NCBI GenBank assembly: GCA_019828565.1
Contig: JAHDYR010000005.1
Location: 186,001-250,000, forward strand
Length of the DNA: 64,000 bases
Reading direction: 5' to 3'
From: Carpediemonas membranifera BICM
Taxonomy: Eukaryota > Protista > Fornicata
The notes beneath the pieces were generated by a model. The model ran no database searches. It had not been told where the DNA came from and worked only from the letters and a program-made list of their open reading frames with translations. The translations under genes were made by a program, and so were the position numbers. Of this stretch, positions 45,076 to 56,694 are shown in pieces (position 1 is the first letter of the stretch; each line of letters starts with the position of its first letter).

Positions 45076-47608
45076 GACTTATCAAGCGTTTGGTCCGGCT
45101 GTCACCTCATACTGTGCAGCAGTTGGTGTAGACGTAGCCAAGACGTACAAGAGCGCGAAGCACAACACAGTGACGGGCGAGAAGCGTAAGAAACATGAGA
45201 GAGAGGACCTCGTTTTCAGAGCGATTGCTAACGCAATTAAGCCCACTGATCCGATCCTAGAGCGCCGTCTTTTCCAGCTAACGACCCAGGGTATTGACGT
45301 GGGACGTCTCTCACTCTATGCCGACAGATTCATCAGCCGCAAGGCCGTCTTGGCTCCCTCTTTCTCCGACGCCGTGATGCGCAGCATGTTCGTGAAGGGA
45401 ATCCAGGACGAGGACCTCCGTAGGGAAGTCAAGGAGGCGGCTACAGGGCTTGACCTTAACAGCACCATCCAGGTCGCTCTCCAGACGTGTTCCAGTATAC
45501 GGGCATGCCGTTTGGATTGAAAAACGCTGGGGCGCATTTCCAGTTTGCAATTGAACGGGGATTCCACGATCTACTTGGTACCGCGTGTATCATATATATT
45601 GACGACATTATAATTTTCGGCCGCACAGAGCAAGAGTACTTGTCCAACTTGAACAAGGTGTTGGCGAGGGCCGAAGAGTTGAAACTCAGCCTCAACAAGG
45701 AGAAGTCACACTTTGGACTCGCAGAAGTCGAGTTCTTAGGCTGGGTGGTGTCGGGTACAGGATTTAGAATTGCGCCAGACCGCATTCGGGATGTTGAGAC
45801 GCTGCGTGTCCCGAAGACGAAGAAGGCCGCTCAAGCCCTAATGGGATTCTTGAACTTCATGAGAGATTTTTGTGCCAGGTTTTTCGAGGATCGTGCACCC
45901 TTTAGCTCAAGCCGCGTGTGGCAAGGCACCTCCCGACGGCAGCGATCAGGTCGAGGCTTTGGCGCAGGTCAAAGATCTGCTGTGTCAGGCTCCCGCCCTC
46001 GAACACTTCGATGTTACCCGTGAGCACGTCGTCATGACTGACGCGTCAGACCTTGGAATTGGCGGAGTGTTGCTACAAGACGGTAAGCCGGTGTCATACA
46101 TGTCCAAGTCTTTCAACGATGTGCAGACGAGATGGAGCACAATTGAACAGGAGGTGTATGCAATCGTTTCCGCGTTGCAGAGGTGGCGCAGGTTCTTGTG
46201 TTGGACACCATTCACATTGCTGACTGATCATCGCAATCTTGTGTTTATGTCGCGTTCTTCCAACTCCAAGGTTCAACGGTGGTACGAATCAATATCTGAT
46301 CTTGATTTCACGATCAAACATGTGGCCGGAGTGGATAACAGTGCAGCCGATGGTCTCAGTCGCGTGTTTGCGGCATCGGCAGATCGGTTGCCAGTGGCGT
46401 CTGAGACGGAGATAGCTGAGGCACACAGACACGGGCAAGCTCACCTGCCACTGCATACCACGATAAAATTCTTGAGGACACAAGGCAAGAGGGCGCCCGT
46501 GGATCAGGTGGCGAGGGTGATCGACAGATGTCCGGTATGTCAACTCACAGCAAAACCAGCTGAAGCCGCCAGGGCATACTTACATACAGCCGGACTCAGG
46601 CCGTTCATGAAGGTAGCAATGGACACTATCGGTCCGTTGCCCGAGTCGCTCGGATACAAGTTCATTTTAGTAGTAGTCGATATGGCTTCGAGGTGGACCG
46701 AGCTCATTCCGCTGAAGACAACGAGAGCCGACGAAGCTGTCAGAGCATTTGCTGACCAGTGGATACTCAGGTATGGAGTCCCTCGAGTCCTCCAAACAGA
46801 CGGAGGCAAGCAGTTTGTCAACAAGCTGTTCAAGGACTTGTCCGTCCGAGTTGGCTTTTCAATCCATACAACCACTCCATATCATCCACAGTCAAATGGA
46901 GTGGTCGAACGAGCGAACAGCAGAGTCGAGCGTATTCTGAGGGCGCGGCAGTACGAGCTGAGGTCGGAGCTGTGGTCGGAGTCGTTGCCAGTTGCACAGT
47001 ACATTGTCAACGCGACACCACACTCAGCAACGCGTTTAACCCCAGCAGAGGTGATTTTTGGTAGTGATCTGCGCGTACCGGCCGACATGCTAATCGTCAA
47101 AGAACTGGGTGAGAAGGCGGTCAGCCAACCAGCGAGCAACATAGCTGCCGCCAAACTCGCTCGAGAGCTCGCTGAAGCACGTATTAAGGCAATGCACGCT
47201 GATGCTCTCAGCAAGCTGCCCCCTCCTGAACCAATTACGTCTGAGTTTGTATTGGTCAAATACCCGAATGGGCCACCATCAAAGTTGGCTGCAGGGTGGC
47301 GAGGCCCCATGCAACTGATCCAGCCTATCATGAGGAATGACTTTCCTGTTGGTTACTGGGTTAGAGATGTCAATACGAGGACCGAATTCCAGGTCGCGTC
47401 CGAGAGGGTCAGACCATTTTCAGGCGAGCTGTCCATGCAACATGCCCAAGAGCTAGCAGCAGTGACGATCGGCGAGTATGTCGTGGAGTCGATATACGAA
47501 GCAACGCATGAGCGCAGACTCAGCGATCGGCAGTTCCACGTCCGATGGGCAGGGTACGAGCCTTCGGAAGATACGTGGGAGCCGTACCAGAACGTTAAGG
47601 GATGTTAA
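45075..47608 (+). mobile_element. Second, internally deleted copy of Gypsy B
   Basis: Near-identical peptides to 16250-20150; gag jumps to mid-RT near 45490. Confidence 0.92.
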
Positions 47609-47610
47609 GG

Positions 47611-47774
47611 GATCCCATTGACAGAACGATCAAGACCCCTGACTGCATTTACCACCGTACTAGGGCAGTATCAATACCGACGGATGCCTTTCGGGCTGCG
47701 CAACGCAGGAGCTCACTTCCAGAAGGCCATGGAGCGCGCCTTCGCCGGGCTCGTGGGCAGCTCATGTTACATTT
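47611..47774 (+). pseudogene. Gypsy I RT fragment upstream of the DNA transposon
   Basis: IPLTERSRPLTAFTTVLGQYQYRRMPFGLRNAGAHFQKAMERAFAGLVGSSCYI; continues as YIDD after 56694. Confidence 0.9.
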
Positions 47775-48919
47775 CATACTGTCAACATCCCTAGATTATC
47801 TTTGCTAAACCCTAGATTATCTTCGACCTCAAAACGCTAGATAATCTACAATTTCTTGCTCAGAAATGAAGTATTCATTAAATTTAAGCTATTTAGAGAT
47901 AAACGAAGGTCTTCTTTAGAGTCCATATGATGTACGTAGAGCATGGAAAGAAGCTCTGGCTCTGACTCCTTGCCTGGTTTGAGCATTTCGCCGTGCAGGT
48001 TAAGACGAAACGATAAAATGGACAATAACAGAAAATCTAACAGGTAGATTCACTACGATAGTGATTATGTGAGTAGTTGAAAGGAGGTACATATGCGCAT
48101 AATCACTTTCAGAGTGAATCTACCTGTTAGATTTTGAGATATGGTCGATTTCTTGTTTTTTGACTTGGCTAGAGTCGAATTGAAGAAAAGGAGAGGCTAT
48201 TACTCAGGGAATATTGCTCGTCAAAGAAAAGCAAGCAAGGCCGCGAGGTATGGCCACCCGACCTACAAGATGGGCTGGGTGTCATCGCGTAAGGACGACC
48301 GGTCTTGCGCGGTCAACGCTGACAAAACTTGACGATTCAGAGAAATAAATGGCGCCACCGTATTCAGCACAAGACAGTGAACTCAGCTATATGGTTTTTT
48401 CTCAGTATATTTACCCAGCGGCTGATCCCACAGTTTAAGGACGGGTATTAGCCTGCACTTTGCATGAAAAAATTATGCCTGAACACGACCAATTATCCAA
48501 AACACAGCATTTAGCATGCAACAGGAGCTGGAAGCAGCTGCAACATCTATTCTAGGCCATTCCACAACCATTACGCAGGAAATTGACGCAATAGAGGCCA
48601 TTCAGTCCCATTACTTCATAGATTCACGCTTGAACGATATTACGAGCCTTATCAGGCGAGAAACAAGAAAGCTGAACGCGATTGGTGACTCCTTTCTCGC
48701 TGAGACATATGCAGCATACTGACAGCCACGACACGCTGTTCAAGCAGATTTAAGGGAGCGCCATCACCAAACACGTAAATAGACCTGTACGACAACCAGA
48801 GACGGACGTGAGTCAGAACGGTGTGCTACCGGAATACGCAGGGTGTTTTGTGCCCTGTTGATTCCAGGAGCACGCTGCTCTGGGCCACGTGAGATACCGC
48901 GAGACTAAATCCGATCTTT

Positions 48920-49197
48920 ACTATCTCTTACATATGCAAATATCATGAGTGTGTCCCTGCTCGTGAATGGGAACATCCAGCCAGTCTGAGTCAAAGCTAC
49001 GGTCTGCTTTCGACAAGACAGTGCGCCATAGGCCGTTGACTAAACACCATGTGCAGCTTTTGGCACTCAGTCGACCTCTGTTTGAAGGTCAAGTGGATGG
49101 TCTATGGAAGAAGGTGTTGAGGTAGGGCTCGTGTTTGACGGGCAATGAGGAAGGAGAGATCTCACTGGATGTGTGCATCTGCGGCAAGTATGAGTAA
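48920..49197. pseudogene. Two back-to-back transposase 3'-end remnants
   Basis: ~48920-49070 is the reverse complement of the end of 8739-11354. ~49081-49197 (+) reads FEGQVDGLWKKVLR*...SLDVCICGKYE, a paralog of FTKEVNGLWRTVL...TLDVCICKR. Confidence 0.75.
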
Positions 49198-49625
49198 AGA
49201 ATGAAAACATGATTGGTAGTTATAGATCGCGAGAATAGGCATTCTCATCTGCATTGCGGAGAAAAGGAGTTGATGTTGTTAGTGATTTTCAGAGTACAGC
49301 ACCAGTTTCGGTAATAGGGGACAGACGAGCGCAAACAACTACATGGCTCCGAACTACACGCGTCTCGGCGTTGATATTGGTTATTAAATGCACTGCTGGT
49401 AACATATTGAGGGATTTCGTCACTGTACTCGAATGCACAAGTGTGCAGTTTATGCTTTCTCGGCCAGCCGACGATATTTACCACCACAGACAGCTGCATA
49501 CAGGCTGTAGACTAGACATATACAGCAGGCTGAGTAATATAGCACCATACCCACCTACAAACCGCGAATCAACCTCAAGGTCACATAAACATAAGCGATA
49601 CGGTCGGTATATCAATCCTTTACTC

Positions 49626-50273
49626 TTACTTCTTCACTGACCATCTCCTCCTCTTCAGCCCGGGAGGAACCTTGCGCAGAGTGGCGTGTCCCCTTGTCAC
49701 TTCGACCGCATACTCGATTTCCCACTCGCGACACTGTTGGGCAAAACACGCCAGGGCGCTCTGGCCGTTTTCGTTGGGCTTAAACGCGACATGTGTCACT
49801 TTGCCCTCCTCAGACTTGCTAAAAACGTACATGCCGACGACTGGATCGATCTTTGGGTCAGAATCCCGGACAACATGGAGGTATGCAACGGACTTTCCAG
49901 TCATTGAGCACCAGGCTTCAACAGCCCACTGAGTCAACCACTTCTCCTGCATGATTGGCTTACCGATGTTGCCCTCCTCCGTGACAGTGTGTACACTGCA
50001 CACTTCATGGAAAAGTTCGTCCCGGAGACCCTCCTCGGGCCGCCTGTACCCCGGAGTGGCCCGCCGGTTCATCTCTATCGCTTCCTTGTATATCTGCTCG
50101 CGGTAGTTGTCCGCCTTCGTCTCCGCTGCACACTGCTCTTCATTCGTCATCGTCTCCCAGCTCTTGAACGCATGAGGCTCCGTGACGCCCTCGATCATCA
50201 TGAGGCAGTGTGTTATATAGTTGCCGTGGGGCAGGGTTTTGTATCTGACCCACTGAGACTTAAGCAACATCAA
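49626..50273 (-). CDS. Stand-alone OTU-like domain with the predicted catalytic Cys replaced by Tyr
   Basis: YKTLPHGNYITHCLMM / KWLTQWAVEAWCSMTGK / RGHATLRKV align with the C-terminal domain of 1234-3146. Confidence 0.65.
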   Translation of the reverse strand: MMLLKSQWVRYKTLPHGNYITHCLMMIEGVTEPHAFKSWETMTNEEQCAAETKADNYREQIYKEAIEMNRRATPGYRRPEEGLRDELFHEVCSVHTVTEEGNIGKPIMQEKWLTQWAVEAWCSMTGKSVAYLHVVRDSDPKIDPVVGMYVFSKSEEGKVTHVAFKPNENGQSALACFAQQCREWEIEYAVEVTRGHATLRKVPPGLKRRRWSVKK

Positions 50274-50498
50274 ACCCGCCTAATTCCAGCTCATTTAGTC
50301 AATAAACACATCATCACATTCCAATATCTCCTCATGATGCGCCAGATGGCAAGTGACTCTGGCCTGCTCCTCCGGTGAATGACGATCGACAACGACAATC
50401 TTAGCCCGCAAGTGACCTAATTGATGTGGTATCCCGCTGTACGTCCAAATGTCTGCTGCAGGTCATGAACCGCTGGCTACACGGGCATATCCAAATCT

Positions 50499-52251
50499 TT
50501 ATTCAATCTCAACGACCTCGCACTTCTTCTGGTACAGCGTGGCGTGAGCCGGATCGCCTTCGATGACAATAGCGAAATTATCTGTCAACCCCCACAAGTC
50601 TGCATCGGGTGCAAGCATGGTGGTGCCATCAAACAGGTATAAGATGGCGGAGATGCCTTGCATGCCGTTGTATCCGTCGTATGACTGGACAACAAGGATG
50701 TTCCGCTTCAGTTTCCTCGCCCAGACTCGGATGGCGTTCGAGTTATAGTAGCCGGAGTCCGGATCTGTCAGGCTACGCTCCGTGAAATTCTTCTTAGACC
50801 AGTACTTGGCCTTCACTGACTGGCAGAGGCCACGCTGCCACCTTTCGAAGTCGCCATCAACTCTGCCACCCAACTCAATGGCTTGGAGACAATATGCAAC
50901 GCAGTTGCCGTCACTCTTGACATGAATCGCGGTACAGCCAGCCGTGAGAGCCTCCGCGTTGATGCACGTCTGCACCGCGGCCTCAGAGGTGATGCGAGTC
51001 TGAGTCTCCGGCTCAGTCTGGATGCAGGCGTCGCATTTGGTCACGTCCTCCTCATGTGACTCACCCTTCCTCTCCTCTGTCACCACCTCCTCGTGTGCCT
51101 CGCGCTTCTTCTCCTCTGTCACCATCTCCTCCTCGTCTGACTCCTCTGAGTTGTTATCGACATCAGCGATCTTCTGAGGGATTGTCATGAGGGCCTTGCG
51201 CTTCATGTGGATTGTGTCGCTCTTCCCCGTACGGCGGGGGGTACTCGTTCGTGCTTGGTGTGTGCCCGACTGGGGTAGGTCGCGGCGAAACGGCGCGGGT
51301 GTCGGGCTGGCACCGATGGAGATGTCAGCTGCGTATCCCACGTCTTGCAGCAGCCTCGTGACGGTCTCCTCCAGCTCGAGTACTCTCTTCTGCGCCTTGT
51401 GATGGAGCACTCGTGCCTCCATCGGAAGAGATGGGAGGTCTTTGTGAATCCAGTCCTTCATTTCGAGCAGCTTGGATACGCGAAGGTATCTGTCGAACTG
51501 GACGTCGACGTGGTTGTCCCCAGCAACCGCAGCTGACTCTCGAGAGGCGCGAATGCGAAGCTCGCCGTGCACCTCCTTCTGGACTCTATGCCACAGGACG
51601 TAGTTGCGAGCGTTATTGTCCTCCCACTCCTTGAGCTTCTGGGCGATCTTTCTCTCGCGCCGGCGCTTGATCGCGCGTTCTCTAATCTCATCGTCGGACT
51701 CGTTGTCAAAGTCCACCTCACTCTCACTGTCGCACAACTCAGAATCGTCGACGCCGCTCTCTTCACCACTGTCCACGCCACTCTCATCGTCGACGGGTTC
51801 TTTCTTAGCGCTCTCGGCCTTGCCCTTGCCCTTGTCCTTCTCCTCGGCGTCAATGGCCTCAATAATGGCCTTACGCGCCTTGCGCTTCTCCTGGCTATAC
51901 ACGATATCAGCCTGGTTGTCGTCAACCCACTTCGCCAGCGCGCCGAGCTTCTTGGAACTTCTTGGTCCGGCGAGTGCCATAAACTGCTTCTTCAACTTAT
52001 CCTGGAGCTCCTCCTTCTCGTCCTTCGTGAGGCGGAATTTCGTGGTGATATGGTTCAGGTTGATTCCTATATAAGCATTGCTATGACTACAAACGCTTCC
52101 TGATCACTAGATCGAGCAGTTTCCGTTCATCCAGCAAAACCGCGCGAAGAACAGCACATTTGGCATGATTGGTGGTTGCCTTGGTGTATGCAGCCAATAT
52201 CGCATCGTACTGTTCCTTGCTAGCGCTCTCAATCCACTTTAGCAAGTCCAT
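50499..52251 (-). CDS. Two-exon 574-aa OTU-like protease paralog; join(52251..52095,52066..50499)
   Basis: Removing a 28-nt intron fuses MDLLKWIES... to the 498-aa ORF; HVKSDGNCVAYCL, NAIRVW, AHATL. Confidence 0.75.
52067..52094 (-). other. 28-nt spliceosomal intron
   Basis: GTTTGTAGTCATAGCAATGCTTATATAG; restores the frame; homologous position to 2952-2980. Confidence 0.78.
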
Positions 52252-52990
52252 GTTCGGCACTATCAGCAAGAGAGCATAAAAAAATGGACATAGAGTGCCA
52301 AAAGTAATAAACTGAAACCATCCACACGGCAACTATGTACCTAGGCGGCCTCAGTACCTCCAATACCTTCCGTATGTGCTTTTTTGTCCGTCCCTACTTC
52401 GTCCCACGAACCAGAAAAAAGCGCAAAGAGAGGGCCCTTTGAATAATTCTATAACGGCAGCAGAGCATAAAACACGGTTCGAAAGGGCTGATTTTATGCT
52501 CTCTTGCCGTTAGTTCAAGCCGAGGCACGCTTCGGGCGAGCTCCGGCCAAGGGGTCCAGGAGTCAGCTTTTGGGGGAAGGTCTGTGGTGCTCTAACGTAC
52601 CTCGGGACGCACTGTGGAGGCCCCTAGAGTGCTCGGTCATGGCATGTCAGACCAAGGGTCCCTCTGGCCCCATTCAGGATGCTCCCCCTAAATGTTCCGT
52701 TGCAAGCGTCTGACGGGCGTTCTCTGGATACCGACCAAGATGGAGGTCACGTGGATGAACGGACGATAATTACGGTATTCTGGCCATGCCTGGAACTCTC
52801 AAATCATCTGTACTGCTCTGTGGTTCATTTATTGTTCATATCGTATGGTCCTGATGGACTTATGATGATTGATGTTGTTTAGGGATTATTGTTGCTTTAA
52901 TGATGCTCTGCGCCCGCTTACTGATGTTTCTTAGTGTTGTGCACATGCCTACTACGTTAAAGCCGCCAGTATTCTTTCTATTCTTAAGTT

Positions 52991-54908
52991 CCTCATTTCA
53001 GTCTCGTTGCGAGCATAAAGTGCGAAATAGTGGCCAATTGGCCACTACGATATCGGCAATTAAGACAGTAACAGGAGCGTTTGGTGCGCAGATCAAGACT
53101 TTTTAACAATATCAACAAACGGTTCACTCACTTTCTCGTTTAACGTAGTGAATCATCAGTTTCAGCTGTGGCGTTAGTTGTTAGCCGTGCGAAGCACTGA
53201 TGAGGCCTTATTACCATCAATAGGAGTAATAAACACCATTTAACTTCAATATAGAGAGCGAGCGGCCAAGAAACAAGCGCCGGGAGGATAACGGCGGTGG
53301 AGAGCGGCAGGAGAGCGCCGGGCGATGGCGCACGGGAGGGAGAGCGGCAGGAGAGCGCCGGGGGATGGCGCACGGGAGGTAGAGCAGCAGGAGAGCGCTG
53401 GGGTATGGCGCACGGGAGGGAGAGCAGCAGGAGAGCGCACGGAGGCGATTTGGGGCCCCGAAAACGCCAGCATCAGCGCAAGTAAGCTATTCTATTACAA
53501 AATGCTTCACTTGCGCTGGTACTACAGCGTTTTCGGGGCCCTTTGCCCATCTTTCGTCGTCTGAATATTTTCGTGCAGAATTCAAACGAGTGCCGCCTGG
53601 CAGAGGCTGAGCTGCGGAGCTTAGTCCCTGTGGCACCACTTGTCTGGCCCAGCTCCCCGCCATGCTCCCGAAAATTCAGGTGCAGATTTGGGAGCAGAGA
53701 TGTCGACGAACCCCGGTAATATGGCGTTTTCGGGGCGCAAGTGCCACACGCCCCACAGCCACGACACCAGCACCACTTACTTACTTTACTCATCGTTGCT
53801 TCGCTTTTCGCCTGGAACCTCATTTCAGTCTCGTTGCGAGCATAAAGTGCGAAATAGTGGCCAATTGGCCACTACGATATCGGCAATTAAGACAGTAACA
53901 GGAGCGTTTGGTGCGCAGATCAAGACTTTTTAACAATATCAACAAACGGTTCACTCACTTTCTCGTTTAACGTAGTGAATCATCAGTTTCAGCTGTGGCG
54001 TTAGTTGTTAGCCGTGCGAAGCACTGATGAGGCCTTATTACCATCAATAGGAGTAATAAACACCATTTAACTTCAATATAGAGAGCGAGCGGCCAAGAAA
54101 CAAGCGCCGGGAGGATAACGGCGGTGGAGAGCGGCAGGAGAGCGCTGGGGGATGGCGCACGGGAGGGAGAGCAGCAGGAGAGCGCCGGGGTATGGCGCAC
54201 GGGAGGGAGAGCAGCATGAGAGCGCCGGGGTATGGCGCACGGGAGGGAGAGCAGCATGAGAGCGCTGGGGTATGGCGCACGGGAGGGAGAGCAGCAGGAG
54301 AGCGCCGGGGTATGGCGCACGGGAGGGAGAGCAGCATGAGAGCGCCGGGGTATGGCGCACGGGAGGGAGAGCAGCATGAGAGCGCTGGGGTATGGCGCAC
54401 GGGAGGGAGAGCGGCAGGAGAGCGCCGGGGTATGGCGCACGGGAGGTAGAGCAGCAGGAGAGCGCACGGAGGCGATTTGGGGCCCCGAAAACGCCAGCAT
54501 CAGCGCAAGTAAGCTATTCTATTACAAAATGCTTCACTTGCGCTGGTACTACAGCGTTTTCGGGGCCCTTTGCCCATCTTTCGTCGTCTGAATATTTTCG
54601 TGCAGAATTCAAACGAGTGCCGCCTGGCAGAGGCTGAGCTGCGGAGCTTAGTCCCTGTGGCACCACTTGTCTGGCCCAGCTCCCCGCCATGCTCCCGAAA
54701 ATTCAGGTGCAGATTTGGGAGCAGAGATGTCGACGAACCCCGGTAATATGGCGTTTTCGGGGCGCAAGTGCCACACGCCCCACAGCCACGACACCAGCAC
54801 CACTTACTTACTTTACTCATCGTTGCTTCGCTTTTCGCCTGGAACCTCATTTCAGTCTCGTTGCGAGCATAAAGTGCGAAATAGTGGCCAATTGGCCACT
54901 ATTTCGCA
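52991..54908. repeat. Tandem macro-repeat (827-bp and 1027-bp units plus a partial third) containing a 40-bp minisatellite
   Basis: Units start near 52991, 53818 and 54845. They differ by five copies of GGGAGGGAGAGCAGCAGGAGAGCGCCGGGGTATGGCGCAC. Confidence 0.92.
54875..54908. repeat. Perfect 34-bp palindrome
   Basis: TGCGAAATAGTGGCCAATTGGCCACTATTTCGCA. Confidence 0.92.
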
Positions 54909-54986
54909 GAATAATGCAACACTTCTCTATGCTGACCACAGAGCTCGATACCTCACCGGCGGAAGCTTTTATGGCGTATTACACGC

Positions 54987-55640
54987 TTAACTCACTTCAG
55001 ACTGAAAGGATTTATTCGTCCTCGCTTCAGTCACTGAAGTCCCCGCTTCGTGCAAGATGCGGTTCGCGTGCCTGACTGTCATGGGGGGACTACCCCAGAG
55101 CGAATCAAGGTCCTTGGACATCCGGATAAGGGTCTCAAAGGCAGGGTGATCCACGGCAGCCTCTTGCATCAACTCCTGTAGCGCGGGTAGGTCTAAGTCA
55201 CGTAGGTCTGCGACATACGATCCCAGCCGGCAGAGAGCAACGACCAGGGCGAGCTGACGGTGGGATTCGGCAATGTCGTACTTCAGAGCTTTCGTGAGCT
55301 TGTCGTACTCCTCGTCCTCGTTAGTCAGCACCTGGCGTGCCGGAAGCGTGTGAGACCTTATCCTGCAAATTAGGTCGGTTTCGGCACCAGCAGTGCGAAG
55401 AAGGCGAACGAGAGCCTTTTGAGGCATCGAGATGGACTTGTACCGTCCAAAACGGCGACAGAAGGACAGAGAGTCCAGAAACTGTTCGAATACGTCACTA
55501 TTTTGTCGGATCTCTGTGCAAATAACAACATCAGCATCCTCATCGTCGCACTCAAGGTAAACGCACAGTTTTTGATATGTCTGCTTGTATTGCTCCTTCG
55601 TAGAGCGCTTCAGTCCCTCTAGAGCGTGCTTCAGCAGCAT
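54987..55640 (-). CDS. Hypothetical 217-aa protein, degenerate tyrosine-recombinase-like
   Basis: LKRSTKEQYKQTYQKL (core-binding-like), LVVALCRLGSYVADLRDLD, MTVRHANRILHEAG. Confidence 0.55.
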   Translation of the reverse strand: MLLKHALEGLKRSTKEQYKQTYQKLCVYLECDDEDADVVICTEIRQNSDVFEQFLDSLSFCRRFGRYKSISMPQKALVRLLRTAGAETDLICRIRSHTLPARQVLTNEDEEYDKLTKALKYDIAESHRQLALVVALCRLGSYVADLRDLDLPALQELMQEAAVDHPAFETLIRMSKDLDSLWGSPPMTVRHANRILHEAGTSVTEARTNKSFQSEVS

Positions 55641-56694
55641 TTCGATCGAGATTAAAAATCACCCGAATTCTAGCTCTGTTCTGGCCGCTGCAGGCACCGC
55701 TGGGCGCAATAGAGCTCGGAGCGGCGTTGTCTGCCAAAAATACCTATTTGCTCCCGGTTAAAATTGAACCCACGATCAGGGGGCTGTGTACAAAGTCTCT
55801 TCCCTCTATACTATGAATTATGGGAAATCCGCCCTTATTAATCTCCCTACAGGGAATATAGGCCATTTTGGAGGTATGAGCGACCGGGAGGGGGAGATTG
55901 GGGGACATTTATGGTATGGCTGGACTCTACTCGGGCAGACTATTATAACGAGGCTCAGATCAGACCTCTACGGCAGCTATACGAGGAGAAACGAGCCAAT
56001 CAGCGCGCTAGCGGCCCATGGCCGCAGCAGCGCCCAGCCAAGCTCAGCTATAGGGTCACCTGAGGCCCCAAATGGCGTGCTGATCAGGTCGACTCCCATC
56101 TATTGACTTGGTAATTGCAGAGGGCGTTTGAACGCAATGTCCTAATAACCGACTTGGTCGGAGCGGTTCGGCGATGACTCCGTTGTATTCCACACCTTCT
56201 TCTGATGCCGAAACATGCAGTCCTTTAGAGTCAACGCGCGTCCTGTCCGTCAGGCGAAGGGCATTCAGCAGAGGCATTGCTGCGGTCTGCAGGCCGCCCT
56301 AGCGCTTCAGGATGGCCAACTGCATGATCTGGACCCATGTCTATCAAATCCATTTTGATCACATCAAACGTGTGTCAAATCCGGCAAATCGATTTTGCGA
56401 TTAAAAAAGGGGCAGAGGGGAGGAAGCGACCCATAAGGCGTACTTATGGACCATTTCCTCCCCCCTGCCCGTTTTTTGAGTCTCAACTCTCAATTCCAAT
56501 TTGTCCCAATGTTACTTTTTTCTAGCAGGATTTAAAGTTTGATACTGCGCATGCGTATTGCTTAGGTATAGCCAAGTACTACCATACCACTTTGAAGATC
56601 CAGCTCCGGCTCATCGTCGAGTTCATTTTTTCTTGCAACCGTAGATTATCTAGCTTTTTGAGGTCGAAGATAATCTAGGGATGTTGACAGTATG

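Larger units (their letters stand above)
47775..56694. mobile_element. Complete 8920-bp non-autonomous cargo DNA transposon, CMC-like
   Basis: Perfect 28-bp TIR CATACTGTCAACATCCCTAGATTATCTT (47775-47802 / 56667-56694); 2-bp TSD TT; excision restores TGT TAC ATT TAC ATC GAC GAT (CYIYIDD). Confidence 0.93.

Noticed and set aside
47775-47781. RSS heptamer or ProtoRAG identity of the TIR
   Set aside because: CATACTG matches CACAGTG at only 5 of 7 positions, there is no clear nonamer, the TSD is 2 bp, and there is no kelch RAG2-like gene.
53145-53280. Hammerhead ribozyme (CTGATGA on both strands)
   Set aside because: No GAAA directly after a stem II and no closing stems found.
54120-54465. CRISPR-like array
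   Set aside because: Contiguous 40-bp units with no unique spacers and no cas genes; this is a minisatellite.
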